Assembly: GCF_009914755.1 (NCBI RefSeq)
Contig: NC_060926.1
Strand: one strand, 5' to 3'
Length of the DNA: 64,000 nt
Source: the human T2T-CHM13v2.0 reference genome, Homo sapiens
The notes below the pieces were generated by a model that saw only the letters and a program-made list of their open reading frames with translations, did not search any database and was not told the DNA's origin. Made by a program: the position numbers and the translations under genes. Positions 14,839 through 28,405 of the stretch are shown one piece after another. Position 1 is the first letter of the stretch, and the number at the start of each line of letters is the position of its first letter.

Positions 14839-16329
14839 TAAAACTTTGAAATATTGTAAATGCATTATTTGAACACACTCTCCCACTTCTGAACCTTCTG
14901 ATCACCTATTTTTTCCACTGTCATTAATAATTCTGTCATGAACCTCATTTTACCATGCAACAGGCTTTGGCCTACAGAATCCAAGCTCACACTCAAAATA
15001 CATTCTGAGGAAGAAATTATAAAGAGGAGTTACTAGGGAAAGGAGTGAGACTAGGCATCCAAGCCCCCAGCCTGCCTGAGTATGAGGGAAAAAAACACAT
15101 TACCATTTGACAGCTGCTCTGATGCCTGTAAAGAGTAAGTTAAAGGGTTCCAATGTCTTTCCCATGGCCAGAGGTTCACATGGCTTCAGATGATACCAAG
15201 TGGTCTGTACTTGATTCCAAACTTTAATAATGGTAGTTCATGTGAGCAGAGCTACAGGGAGCAAGTATGATCCCACACACAAAGCACCTCACTCAGACAG
15301 TTTTGGTTTAAGAATACAGCTGTGTACATATCCATTTATAAATGTGTAAGCTAAAAGGACTAAAGACTCACTGGAAACCCAAGAGAAACAATTAATGTGT
15401 TACAATGATAGATTGCAGTGAAATAGCTTTTTAAAACTTTTATCATTGTGCTTTAGATATCCAATATTCGAAACAAAGAGAGACAAAAATAGGCAGACAT
15501 TCATTTAAAAAAAGAACTAATTTTATGACTTCGTTGCATAAGCAAGAGCTTTCTGGGAGGGGGAGACAAAGGGACAATTAAAGAACAAGCTGGGGTGGGG
15601 AGGGGTAGAAATACAGTCTTTACAATATCAAACCCAGTATGATATCTTATGATTCCTTATAATACTCCCTTCTTACTTTCAAAATTCACCTTTACTAAGT
15701 GACAAGTTACTAACCTGACAAGTTTTAAGCTATTCTTATATTTGAAAGCGATCCTTGATAAAGCTATCAGAAGTCTAAAAATATTCAAGACCCATGCACT
15801 GAATTTATTTGTATATTAATTTTGCCGCTAGTGTGGCATGGCTGCTTTTTCTCCTGACAGTATGGCTTCTGGCCATAGGAATATTTTGAAGAATTCTTTA
15901 ATGCCTGAAGAAAGGGTAGTTGAGATCCAATTGATTTTTTTTTAACCTAATCAATCCAAATATTACAGTAATGATAATATCTTTGATAGTTAGCTATTCT
16001 CCAAGAAGAGAGCTACATTTCTCCCCTACTGACTCACGGTCCCCTCTGAAAATCAGATGAGGGCTATACCTTCTCTTCCCGAAGAAATGTGCATGCACAT
16101 CTACAAAATTCTTCAATTTCCAGAGGCCCCTGGACTCCCTGAATTCCTGTTAACAGCCTCTATACCAGAAAAAGAGGAATTTACAGAGAAATTGTAAACT
16201 GGCAGACTGACAGTTGAAGAAAGAAATAAGGGATGGGAAGTAGAAAACGAAGTTTCCCACTCTGGGCCAGACTTGGCCTAGACGTTTCCTCTCACTTTTC
16301 ACAGCAGCTGTGTGTACTACATATTTTTT

Positions 16330-16640
16330 AATAGTCAAGGAAACTAAGGTTCAGAGAGGTTATGTGGCTTTCTCACAAGGTCATACTGCTGCAAAGTGGC
16401 AGAGCCAAAACACAAACCTGATCTTCTAAGTCCAATGCACACCTCACTTAGCACTTACAAAGTGAACTTACTACGGTTTCATCTTGGGACTTCTCAAGAC
16501 TGAACTATTAGACTAAATGCATCTACTGTGAACTCCCTGAGTTGGGGGCGGGGGGTCCATGTCTTATTCCCTCTATATCTCCAGCACACAGACAGCATAT
16601 AGAAGGCATTCCTTAAAAGAGGAATGAATGAATAAATGAA
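16330..16640. mobile_element. MIR (antisense) followed by an L2 3' end
   Basis: gaaactaaggttcagagaggttatgtggc. L2 tail gaatgaatgaataaatgaa. Confidence 0.6.
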
Positions 16641-18367
16641 AACACTGGGACAACAATCCCACTGATAGTAGCAGAAGCTACATGCAGCTGTATGTTGCCA
16701 CAACATAAAGGTCCTTGTCATCACTAAATATTCCTTTAGATGACCACTGGACACAGACATTAACATATTTTAAAACACATATGGTAAAATTCTTGTACTA
16801 GAACAGTGTTTAATCTTCTTGAAAAATAACCTATTCATAAAACACAAAGTAGCTTTCTATCAATCTGTCTAATATTATCAGAATAATTAACATCCTTTGT
16901 TAGCCAACTAGTGTATCTTATAAAAACCAACTTATGTTGAAAATGAATACATAAGTTAGGACTACTTTTAAAAAATACTTAATTTTACTAATTTCCTAAC
17001 TAGAACATAAGTGCATTTTTGTTTTGTTTTTGTTTTTGCAATAATTGCTCTGAAGATAAAACCAAAGCACCATTTCGATGTAGCAAAGGTAATTGGTGCA
17101 TTTACTGCTCATGGCATGTTAATGTATGACTATGTATCAAAGGTCATCCTTCTGTACTCATACATTATCAAATTTGAAAGCACAATATTTGATTCTGAAC
17201 AACCTTCAAACTGCCCAAAATGTGTGTGAAAAATAGATAAGAGTTCTACTTTGGGTTGAAAAAAAAGTGAACCCATGTTTTGGAAGCAGAAGGGTCAAGA
17301 CGTCAGTGGCAAGGTTAGATGTCAGCACTATGAATCTCCGACTGTCTTAGCTTATCAATGAGGTCTAGTACAATGATCACAAGCTAAAATTGCTGTACTA
17401 ATGAAGACAAAGGTCCAAAAAATTAGTGCAGGCCCCCTAACAGAGGGCAGTACCTGGTGGACAATAATGCAGAAATCAGGATATAAATCACTCTTTAGAG
17501 ACAATAAAACCTATAACGCACAAATTGAGTTGTTTACATGTCCATTGAAGGCACTGTTAAAAACAGAAGGTGTCAGCTGCCATATCTCTTCTTATTCATC
17601 TGGAATGCGGTTGCCCCAAATTCAGCTTCTTTATTAGAAAGCAAGGCATCTGTTTCCCATTCTCTTCTTCCAACTCCAGATACACAGCACTACTTTGCCA
17701 ACACACAATTTAGTAGTCTTGTGCCATCCCGACCTGAAATAATTGTTGGACATTCACTCTGGCTTCAAACTTTTGCTTACAATTGTTTGCTAGGTAGATA
17801 AAATGGTCTTATCAGAATGTACTAAAACATGAACAGCTGTGGTTTTCTCCTTTGATGGTTTAGGTGCAGGGAGAAACAGTGGAAAGGAAAAAATCCCCTC
17901 CTTTTTCTATAGTGATTGTGGTTATTCTGAAATAAATAAAACATAATTTAATTTCATCAAGCCCAACTACAGGAGATTGCCTTATTGAAGAGAAGATCAT
18001 ACAAACATACAAAAAGAATCTGGTCTTCAAAAAAGAAAACACTGTGCTGAAAAGGACCAGGAAGAACCTATAACATCTACCCAAAACATGTCTCAAGCAT
18101 ATCAATTTTCTTTCAGTCTGTACTTTATTTCACACAATTCACAGCATCCCATTCTGAAAATTCATGTATTATTTGGCTATGTGGATATTCTTAATTGAGA
18201 ATACAAGTCCGTTCCACATATATTTTCTTTTTTGTTGCTGCTAAAAAAGATATTTTTAAAAAGCAAACCACTGTAATTTAATAAAACAAGAGCCAACTCA
18301 TGGCAGCTATGCAAAGCCTTTAGAATTCTTGCTAAAGACAGTAAGACACAAGTAGCCAGTTTCATTT

Positions 18368-18889
<522 letters not shown>

Positions 18890-18906
18890 TTAGCTTTAAT
18901 TCATAA

Positions 18907-19275
<369 letters not shown>

Positions 19276-19560
19276 TATTTTATTTTTTTGAGACAGAGTC
19301 TCACTCTGTCGCCTGGGCTGGAGTGCAGTGTTGCAATCTCGGCTCACTGCAACCTCTGCCTCCAGGGTTCAAGCAGTTCTCCTCTCAGCCTCTGGAGTAG
19401 CTGGGATTATAGGGTTCCCCACCCTAATTTTTGTATTTTTAGTAGAGACGGGGTTTCACCATGTTGGCCAGCCTAGTCTGGAACTCCTGACCTCAGGTAA
19501 TGTGCCCGCCTCAGTTTCCCAAAGTACTAGGATTATGGGTGTGAGCCACCGCACCCAGCC
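19276..19560 (-). mobile_element. Alu (AluS-like)
   Basis: Second tandem Alu. TSD ccttttaat(g/a)ct flanks the whole pair. Confidence 0.9.
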
Positions 19561-22500
19561 CCTTTTAATACTTTTAGATGCATGTATCTGACTTTAAGGT
19601 CTGAATTCCTATGGTCTATATACTGAAAGAGAAAATACTCTTACATTATTTTGCATGTTGTATGTATGTACATGTGAGTGTGTCCAGGCTCCACTAGACA
19701 CAGATGTCAAAAAAGCAGCAACTTTATCCAGACCATTTCTAACTTAATGCCAGTTATAACACTGAGTCAGAAATCGGATAATGAATAAAAATCAACATAA
19801 AAACAAAAAATATTTTTAAATACCTCATTCTATAGATATTTATGGGAGCAGGGAGTGAGGGGTATTGGGATCTTCAACAATGGGAACTCATTAAACGAAC
19901 ACAAAATATTTTATGTACAAGTTAGAAACCTTATCCAAATCATGGATTCATGTGAATGAGGGATGAGCTCCTGTACTGTAATCCCCCTGAACACCTGTGT
20001 TGTGAGGTCATCTCCAGTTCAATTCATTCATGATGAGAGCTTTTCCTATGTCAGGCATTGAGAGTACAAAACACATGAATCCCCCCCACCCTCAATGTGC
20101 TCAGTTTCCCTATTCTTATGTCTTGAGCTAGTCCTTCTCACTTTCTAGCTCCAATTCCTGGATTTGTAAGAGTTTCAAGAGAAGCAGCACACCAACCATT
20201 GATGCTGAGAAAGTCAGATCTATCAGTTATATGAATCCACTCAACATACCTGTAACAGGCACAGGTTTTGTTTTTATTTCCTGTTATTCTGTTTGAGGAC
20301 AGCAAAAGTGAGAAAGTAAAAATTAAGGAACATGACCTATCTTCAGTGTTAGGTCAAATGAGGGAGGTAGACAGAACAAATAACAAGAGGTCAGGAGACT
20401 ACAAGTTACATAAAGTATATAAAGTGCAATCAACAAAAAAGCAAGTAACTGCTTAGAAAAGTTGAGGATGATGTCACTCAAAAGATTACAGATAATGCTG
20501 GGTCTTGAAGAAGTGAGAGTTTAAAAAGAATAGATCATATGAGAGTGCATGGCATCTCTCAGATGTATGAAATACTTATCTATGGCCGGAGTATAAAGGA
20601 GAGTACTGGGAAATAGGCTGAAAAGGTGATTTTTGATTCTGAAGGGCTTCCTTGCAAGTTGCCTACGGAATTGCAATATACAAGTGAGTCGCAGAATATT
20701 TTTAAAGATGTGTGTTTTAGAAAGCTCCAAGAGCAATGTGGACAATGGATCAAAAAAAGACAGAGGAACCAATTGGAGTTTGCCTAAATTGTGAAGAACA
20801 AGTTATCTGGCCCTTTCCCTACTCAATAGTTCAAACAATTTAAGATTTGCAAAATTCCCCACACTACAAAATCTGCACTAAGTATATTTCCCATTCTGTG
20901 TGGTCTGTTTGTGCATACTACCTATTCAACAGATATTGTCTTCCATGTGTTGAACACTGGGAATAAAATGATGAGCAACAACAGATATGGTCCTGCCTTC
21001 AAGAAGTTCATAGTTTGATATGGGAGATAACATTAGAAGGAATTTCAAGGAAGGGTGTTGAATAGAGTGTCTGGTAAGTCTTAGGTTAAGACTGCCCTGA
21101 AGAAGTAACAATTATCAGAAAAATATGAGGAACCAAAAAGAGCATTAATCTATTTTTTACATCTACCAAAGGAGAGGATTCATAGGTAGTAAAAAGAGCA
21201 TGGACTTAAAGATCCTAGGTTCAGATTCCATTTTCAATGCCCATAAACTAAATAGTCTTGGGGAATGAATTTAATCTGTTTGATAGGATTCTATCTCCTC
21301 ACACGGTTGTTGTGAGAACTGTGTGAAAGTACTTAGCACATAGTGCCTGACTGAGAGAAGGTATTCAAACAATGTACATTTAATTTCCCACTTTCTTCAC
21401 CCTTCAAAATATTTATTTTCATGAAAATAAATGATTTTTCCCAGTTGTCCTAAATCAAGTGCCAGGGATCTGGTAAAAGTCTTTGGCAGCTGAAAATCTG
21501 GCCTGTTCTCACAGAATCCTGGACTGAAAACTTAAAAGTCTAATTTACGAGGGAGACTTTTGAGAACATTTTTTAATCTTTCCAGAGTACTTCCAACTTC
21601 CATTAATTCTGCTGCCAAACAAAAAGGAAGGTAGAAATACTTAAAAAAAATAGAGAAAATGCATAAAGCAGAAAATCTAGGTTTTAAAAAGCATCAAATA
21701 ATATAGAACTATATAACTGGATGGTGTTTCCTTCTCCTAAAGTCCATTAATAGTATGAATTAAACCAGGTATGATAGAAGCTCTGGAGGACCAAGAATGG
21801 AAAATTAAGTGGAATCCAAGTTTCATACACAGGCAAACTGATAAAGGGCAATTGGGGCAAGATACCTACTACCCAATAAATTTAGTAATTTTTAGTCATT
21901 TAAAATAGCATTAAAGTAGAAAATGTAGATTAGTTTCTGAGGAGGAAAGAAATTAGGATGAGACAAATAATATATAGAGTGATAAAATTTAATAAGGTTT
22001 TCATTCTGTACTCAATTTTTACTCTTGTTTGTATTCTAACAAATGTACTTTCTATATTTATATATTTATCTGTCTACATTCAGAGCCTGAATATATTTAC
22101 TTATTGACCAGTAGAATGCATACACTTAAAACTTTAATAATTTTGAAACAAGTCAAATTACATAACTGTAACATACAGCAGATCACCAATTCACAATCAT
22201 CTCTACCTTGGTTCATCTTTACACAAGTACTTGAATTCCCTTTAATGTCTCTTTAGAAGTTCATAAACTATATCTAGATCTCTGCTACAATTTTCACAAT
22301 TAATTGAAGTTATACCAGATAGTAACTTAATACAGTATATTCTCCCAATTTTCTAGAGTAGCTAGTCTCCATGACCATTTCAAAATAGCTATTCATAATT
22401 CACAAAATGCCTTTATTCTTTGGCCCTTCAACTAACTGATTTGTACACAGATAATAAATCCAACAGGTAATATTGTAAAGTAATATTGTAAGAAGAAAGT

Positions 22501-22734
22501 TTTAAGACGATTAAGTAGTTGCTGTCCACTGGAAATAAAAGTAGACTTATAAGGTCTTATTTTTTAAATGAAACTTTATGTAACCTTCAGGTTGTATTTT
22601 TTAAATAACCTTAAATGCTGACACCAACATTGAGAGGCAGTGTAAAATTCATGGTTCAATACAAATCATCCTGCATTAACAGTTGAGATCTAAGTTCTGG
22701 CTTGGCTCAGGTGCCTGCTATCCCTATGACCCTG

Positions 22735-23173
22735 TGTCTTAGCCCATTTGTGTTGTTAAGGAATACCTGAGGCTGGGTAATTTACTGAAAAAACAAACAA
22801 ACAAACAAACAAAAAAAACAAAGAAGAAGTTTATTTGGCTTACAGTTCTGCAGGCTGTACTAGAAGCATGGTGCCAGCCTCTGCTTGGCTTCTGGTGAGA
22901 GCCTCAGACCACTCATGGCAGAAAGCAAAGGGGAGCTGGTGTGTGCAGAGATCACACAGCAAGAGAGAGGAAGCAAAGAAGAAAGGGAGGGAGGATACCA
23001 GGCTCTTTTAAACAATCAGCTTCCAGGGGAGGAAAAATAGAGCAAGAACTCATTACTGCAAGGACAACGCCAAGACATTCATGAGGGATCCGCTCCATGC
23101 TCAAAACACCTCCAGCAATGGGGATCAAATTTCAACATGAGATTTGCAGGGGTCAAACAAACCACATATAGCA
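22735..23173 (-). mobile_element. MaLR solo LTR (MST-like) with internal (AAAC)n
   Basis: tgtcttagcccatttgtg...gaggctgggtaatttac...caacatgagatttgcaggggtcaaac...tagca. Confidence 0.8.
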
Positions 23174-23747
23174 CCATTTCTAAGTCATTTAGGATTTTTG
23201 GAAACTCAGCATACTATATTTTATGAAAATCATCATATAATCAGAATATCTTTCCCCTGACACACGCACATCCACACCCAAAGCTATACCTCTTCTGATA
23301 CAACTATGTTCTCCATAACAATAGTGACTGTGTGTCTAATGCATAAAATGAGTTTGTATGAGAAATAGCAACTTCAAGAATAAAAGGCCTAGCTTAACAA
23401 GAAGTAGCAAAATTTCCAAACTTGGGTTCCAAGTGGAACGATTCCAATTCAATTAAACAGCTATTTTTATTTAGTGCCCCCAATGTCTATGTGAGTGGGA
23501 GCGTATCTCAGGCAGAGGAAAAGCTCAAGAAGGCTGGGAGATGAGAAAAGACTGTATATGCAAAGCACAGAAAACACTACTATTGTTACTTTTAAAATGT
23601 GTGTGTGGCAGGGGGAGGTGGCAGTGGCTGTAGTTGTGGTGCAGATGCCAGCCATAACTAGGAGCAAAATTACACAGGGCTTTGCAGGCCTTATTAGTAA
23701 ATTTGGACCTCATCCCAAGAACACTCAAGAGTCATTAAAGGGTCTAA

Positions 23748-24080
<333 letters not shown>

Positions 24081-24316
24081 CCTCATTTTCTGTTTTTTAA
24101 AAACTCAGGCTGCAGCACACAGAATAGATAGCAAGTGCACAAGGTTGGAGACAAAGAAACCAGTTAAGAGACAGCTTTGGTAATCTGAAATGATGGAGGC
24201 CAAGATTAGAAGGCAGTACAACAGAAATTAAGAGTAAATCCTCTGAAGTCATTTGCCTATATTCAAATCCCTCTTTTTCCACTTACCAGGTATACAATTT
24301 TAAGCAAAGTTGCTTC

Positions 24317-24669
24317 CTGCTATGGTTTGAATGCTACAAAAAGCATGTGTTGAAAACTTATGCTAACTGTTGCATTGGAAGGTGGAGCCTAATGGAGATG
24401 TTTAGGTCATGAGGGTGAAGCCCTCATGAATGGATTAATGCTCATTATAAAAGAGCTTGAGGTTGCAACTTCCATCTCTTGCTCACTCTTGCCCTCTCTT
24501 ACCCTTCTGCCTTCTGGCATGGGATGACAAAGCACAAAGGCCCTCACCAGATGCTAGCATCATGCCTTTGGATTTCCCAGGTTCCAGAACTGTGAGCCAA
24601 ATAAATTTTTGTTCATCACGTTACCCAGTCTGTGGTATTCTGTTATAGCAGCCCAAACGGACTTAAATA
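24317..24669 (+). mobile_element. MaLR solo LTR (MST/MLT1-like)
   Basis: tgctatggtttgaatg...ccagaactgtgagccaaataaa...gttatagcagcccaaacggac...ca. Confidence 0.8.
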
Positions 24670-24799
24670 CATACTCTCTCTACAACTCAGCTTTCTCTTC
24701 TAGTAGTCCAAAGACAAAAATCTTCACAGGATTCTTGCCAAAGTACAAATATAATAATATATATACAGCAGTTAGCATGTTGCCTGGCACAGAATAAGA

Positions 24800-25790
24800 A
24801 TGCAAATGTTTATCATCATTATTAATGCAATGTGAACAGAGAAATGAGAATATAACTAGAAGATGTTTAGGAGACAAAAATTGACAGCTTGAATAAAGGG
24901 AAAAGAGATGAGTTTACAGCTTCTGGCTTAGAGAGTAACTCTATTTGATTAGATGAGAAACATAAACGGTTTGAATGTTCTGAAGGTTTGAAGCAAAGTA
25001 TAGTGTTCATTCTTGAATATATGGATTATGAGAGACAGGCCAGTAGGCAGGCAAATATATAGCTCTAAAGTAAAGGAAACAGATCAAAGCTGGAGATCTG
25101 AGATTCAGAGAGACAGATGGTAAGTCCTTTGGTGTTGGGAAGAACCCCTAGGGAAAGAATATGCAGAATGAAGAAATGATGACACTAGGTAGAACTTAAG
25201 GAACACCAACACTTACAGGACGTTGAGAGCAAGAGGCCAGAGAAATAAGAGAATAATAGTGTGATATGTGAAAAGCCAAAAGAAAAAAAGTATCTCAGAG
25301 AATATTCAATGTCAATACTGCCAAGCAGTGAAACAAGAACTGAGAGTTTTCACTGGATTTGGCAACAAAGTATTTATTCACACAATATGCATCAAGCATT
25401 GTGCTAGACCCTTGAGATACAGACATGAATAAGAAAAATAAGACCCTTGCACAAACGGACATTATGTTGTGAAGACAGTAAACTAGCAAACAAATCAAAT
25501 AGACATTGTGATAAGGATGGTGAGCAGAGAGTGACATGATAGGGAGTAAAAGGCAGAGGCCAGCTTCAGATGGGGAGTTTGGGAAGGCATCTCTCTGAGG
25601 AGGCAAAATTTAAGCTGAAATCTGAGGCAGGAAAGGGCATGGTCAGAGAACTGAAAGGAGTTCCATATGGCTACAGCACAATGATGGCGGGAAGACGGAG
25701 AGACAGAAGCTAGACAATGTTTGTAGATCATGCTCAGGACATGGAAGAATTTAGATGACCCACTGAACAATTGTAAGCAAGGAAGCTAAG
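24800..25790 (-). mobile_element. L2 fragments
   Basis: Purine-rich antisense L2 text (ttttcactggatttggcaac, tatttattca). Confidence 0.55.
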
Positions 25791-26399
25791 ATCACTGTAG
25801 CTAATGGTACTTAATAGCTTGGATTTTCTCATTTATACTAGTCTTAATAATCAGAAATAGGACATTTTACTAATGTTTCAACCATTAACTGTTTATTATA
25901 ATAATAATGAAAATAAGCTTTTGTATCTAAAAGGATACTATATGGTTACAAACATGTTACCTATCGCATTAATTTTACTAATCCCCTTTTAACCTTCCTC
26001 CATATTTCTTTCAAAGATATTTCTCATACTATCTGTTTGAGTCTATCAAATTTCTCTGAGGTACTCACTCATTTTCAAGCAATGTATATCAGAATTTGAA
26101 TGTTTTATAACAACATGACTAAGCAAGATGTTACTAAAATCCATATGGGTCAGTAACATACAAAAAACCTGATGAAATTATTTTTAAAAAGATTATATTC
26201 CACAGAGTTTCAGTTTCCTATTTCCTTAATCTATGTATTTATATACATACATACAATATAGAAAAGTTGATGCAAAAAACATTGGCTTGAATCTGAGAAG
26301 CTGAATTACATGTTCATATTATTTTTTACTTTCCTCATCTGCAAGAGGAAAAACTTATGGTCCTTGCATATTTTAAAGACATTAATAAGAACAAATGCC

Positions 26400-26590
26400 A
26401 TCATTTTCAGGTAGTGTGCTAGGCACATTACATTATTTTTAATTATCCTAATACCCTTCAAAAATAAACATAACTCTTCCCATTTTACAGATGAAAAAAT
26501 AATCTCAGTGAGTTTATAGGTGACTTGCCCAAGACTACAGACCTGAAATTTAAGCCCAATACGGCAGGCTCAAAAACTCTGGTTACTATA
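26400..26590 (-). mobile_element. MIR
   Basis: cccattttacagatgaaaaaa...gtgacttgcccaagact. Confidence 0.7.
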
Positions 26591-27130
26591 CCGGATGTCC
26601 CAGACTGTTAACAGATTGAGTTCCAAAAAAAAAAAAAAAAACTGTCACATATGAGATATTAAATCATAAAAATAGATTTTTAAATGATAAAAATGTTTTG
26701 TTCAGTTGTTAATAAACTGTGTGCAACTTAGAAACATTAGCCAAACACACCATTCTTATACAGGTATATTTTTCCCTTCAGCATAATAATTTGATTTCCA
26801 TTTTTTTTAATATTGGAGAAGAGAGATAAAAGGAGGCCGTAACAGATAAGCACACTGTATTAAAGGTCCAAGAATTAGCACTGAGACACATTTTTTCCAG
26901 TTAATCCTTAATACAAATATTAAATCCAATTAACTACCAGCAACCCACTACCTATTCTCACAAAATTTGTTTCTCAAAGTTAAAAATTACAAATGGCTGG
27001 CCTACGATGTTCCTGAATCAGAAAAACCTAACTTCTGATTAAAACCTCTAAATGTCACTATTTCTGTTAACTAGAAAGGAAACAAGTCTGAATAAAAGTA
27101 CCATAATTTGCTCTAAGCAGAATCTACAGA

Positions 27131-27136
27131 TTTATT
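27131..27136 (-). terminator. Candidate proximal polyadenylation signal AATAAA
   Basis: tttatt on the + strand, about 0.95 kb past the stop codon, in unique UTR sequence. Confidence 0.4.
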
Positions 27137-27451
27137 GTATTGTGAGCTATTCCTCCTAAGATTTTTCAGGTAGCCAAGTCACCCACCAAGATACTGTTTG
27201 AAGAAGACTAGATATTTAGCAAAATGAAACTGATGCCAGATTATTTTCATTTTCCTTAATAAAATACAAACAAGAGCACAAAATTCACTTATATATCATC
27301 ATTTTATACTTATAAATAATGCTCAGAATTCAAATAGGGTCAAGTGCAGAAATATTTCCTATATGCTAGTGTGTAAATATAAACTAATTATATACATAAT
27401 GTGCCTTTGGCCCAGTTGTAAAATAAAAGACATCAAAAAGAAACACTGCAG

Positions 27452-27570
27452 TTGACTGTTTCATTGCATTCTCACTGAGAATTCGTACCAGTGCCAACGT
27501 AGTTACAGTTCTACTTAACTGTTCCACTGCATTCTTATTGAGAATTCGTACCAGTGCCTATGTGGTAACA
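27452..27570. repeat. 63-bp-period tandem duplication (2 copies) in the LNPK 3' UTR
   Basis: tgagaattcgtaccagtgcc occurs at 27476 and 27539, with similar flanks. Confidence 0.85.
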
Positions 27571-28077
27571 ACTTTCATACCGCTTAATGTAAACACCTAA
27601 ATAGACATTTCTCCCAGTTGTAAATATCTCAGGAGCTAAAATTCTATCAATTTTTAATAATGAAGTAGTCAAAATCTTAACCAAGTTTCATTCCTTAAAA
27701 CAAACACAATTAGAGAACTTACTCTTAACCAAAGTTCTTCCTATGTCAAAATGGATATTTACGGGTTATACATACAGAAAACAAGAAGGCAATCATGTTT
27801 GCTTACTTTTAGAATGGACAAAAAAGTATCTAAAAGCTGTCTCAATAGTGTGGGTCTTTGTACATTCAAAAGGATCTTACTTCACTGATATAACTTGCTT
27901 TTAATTTTAATACCCAGTATATATAACTTTGAGATGTTCAAATAGCTAGGCAATCTGAATTCAAATGATACACAAGCATACCCTTAGAGGGGCAAAAAAA
28001 GTAAGTGCCACCGAAAAAGCAATAACTGACATCAGTAAGACTATAAATATCCAGTTGAAGGCACGTGGAAGCATTTA

Positions 28078-28310
28078 CTACTCTGCCGTCAAAGATTCTC
28101 CACTTAGTTCAGGATCAGGAATAGAATCAGCTCCAGGAACTGTGGAGTTGGTTTCAATCACTGAGGCTTCCTCATTCTCAGTCTCTTGTTTCTCCTCTGG
28201 TTCCTCTGAGTCAGATGCTTTTTCAATCACTTGGTTTGTCTGTTCTGTAGCTGGTATTTTGTCATCTGTCTGCTCTGTATTATCATCAAGAACATCGTGT
28301 TCTAAAGATT
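28078..28310 (-). CDS. LNPK: LNPK last coding exon, acidic C-terminal tail (ESLEHDVLDD...SGESLTAE*)
   Basis: ttttcag|AATCTTTAG...GCAGAGTAG. 233 nt, with the TAG stop at 28078-28080. Confidence 0.95.
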
Positions 28311-28387
28311 CTGAAAAGATAAAGATTCAAAACTTTAGGAATACCTGAACGTTAAAACTGCTAAATAAGGCAAGCAAAAAAGATAAA

Positions 28388-28405
28388 CACACACACACAC
28401 ACACA
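28388..28405 (+). repeat. (CA)n microsatellite
   Basis: cacacacacacacacaca. Confidence 0.9.

Noticed and set aside
27452-27570. Repeat-spacer-repeat pattern resembling CRISPR
   Set aside because: Only two copies, the 'spacer' is itself duplicated, and the context is eukaryotic; it is a tandem duplication.
27965-28348. 127-aa plus-strand ORF
   Set aside because: Antisense shadow of the LNPK last coding exon, with no independent support.
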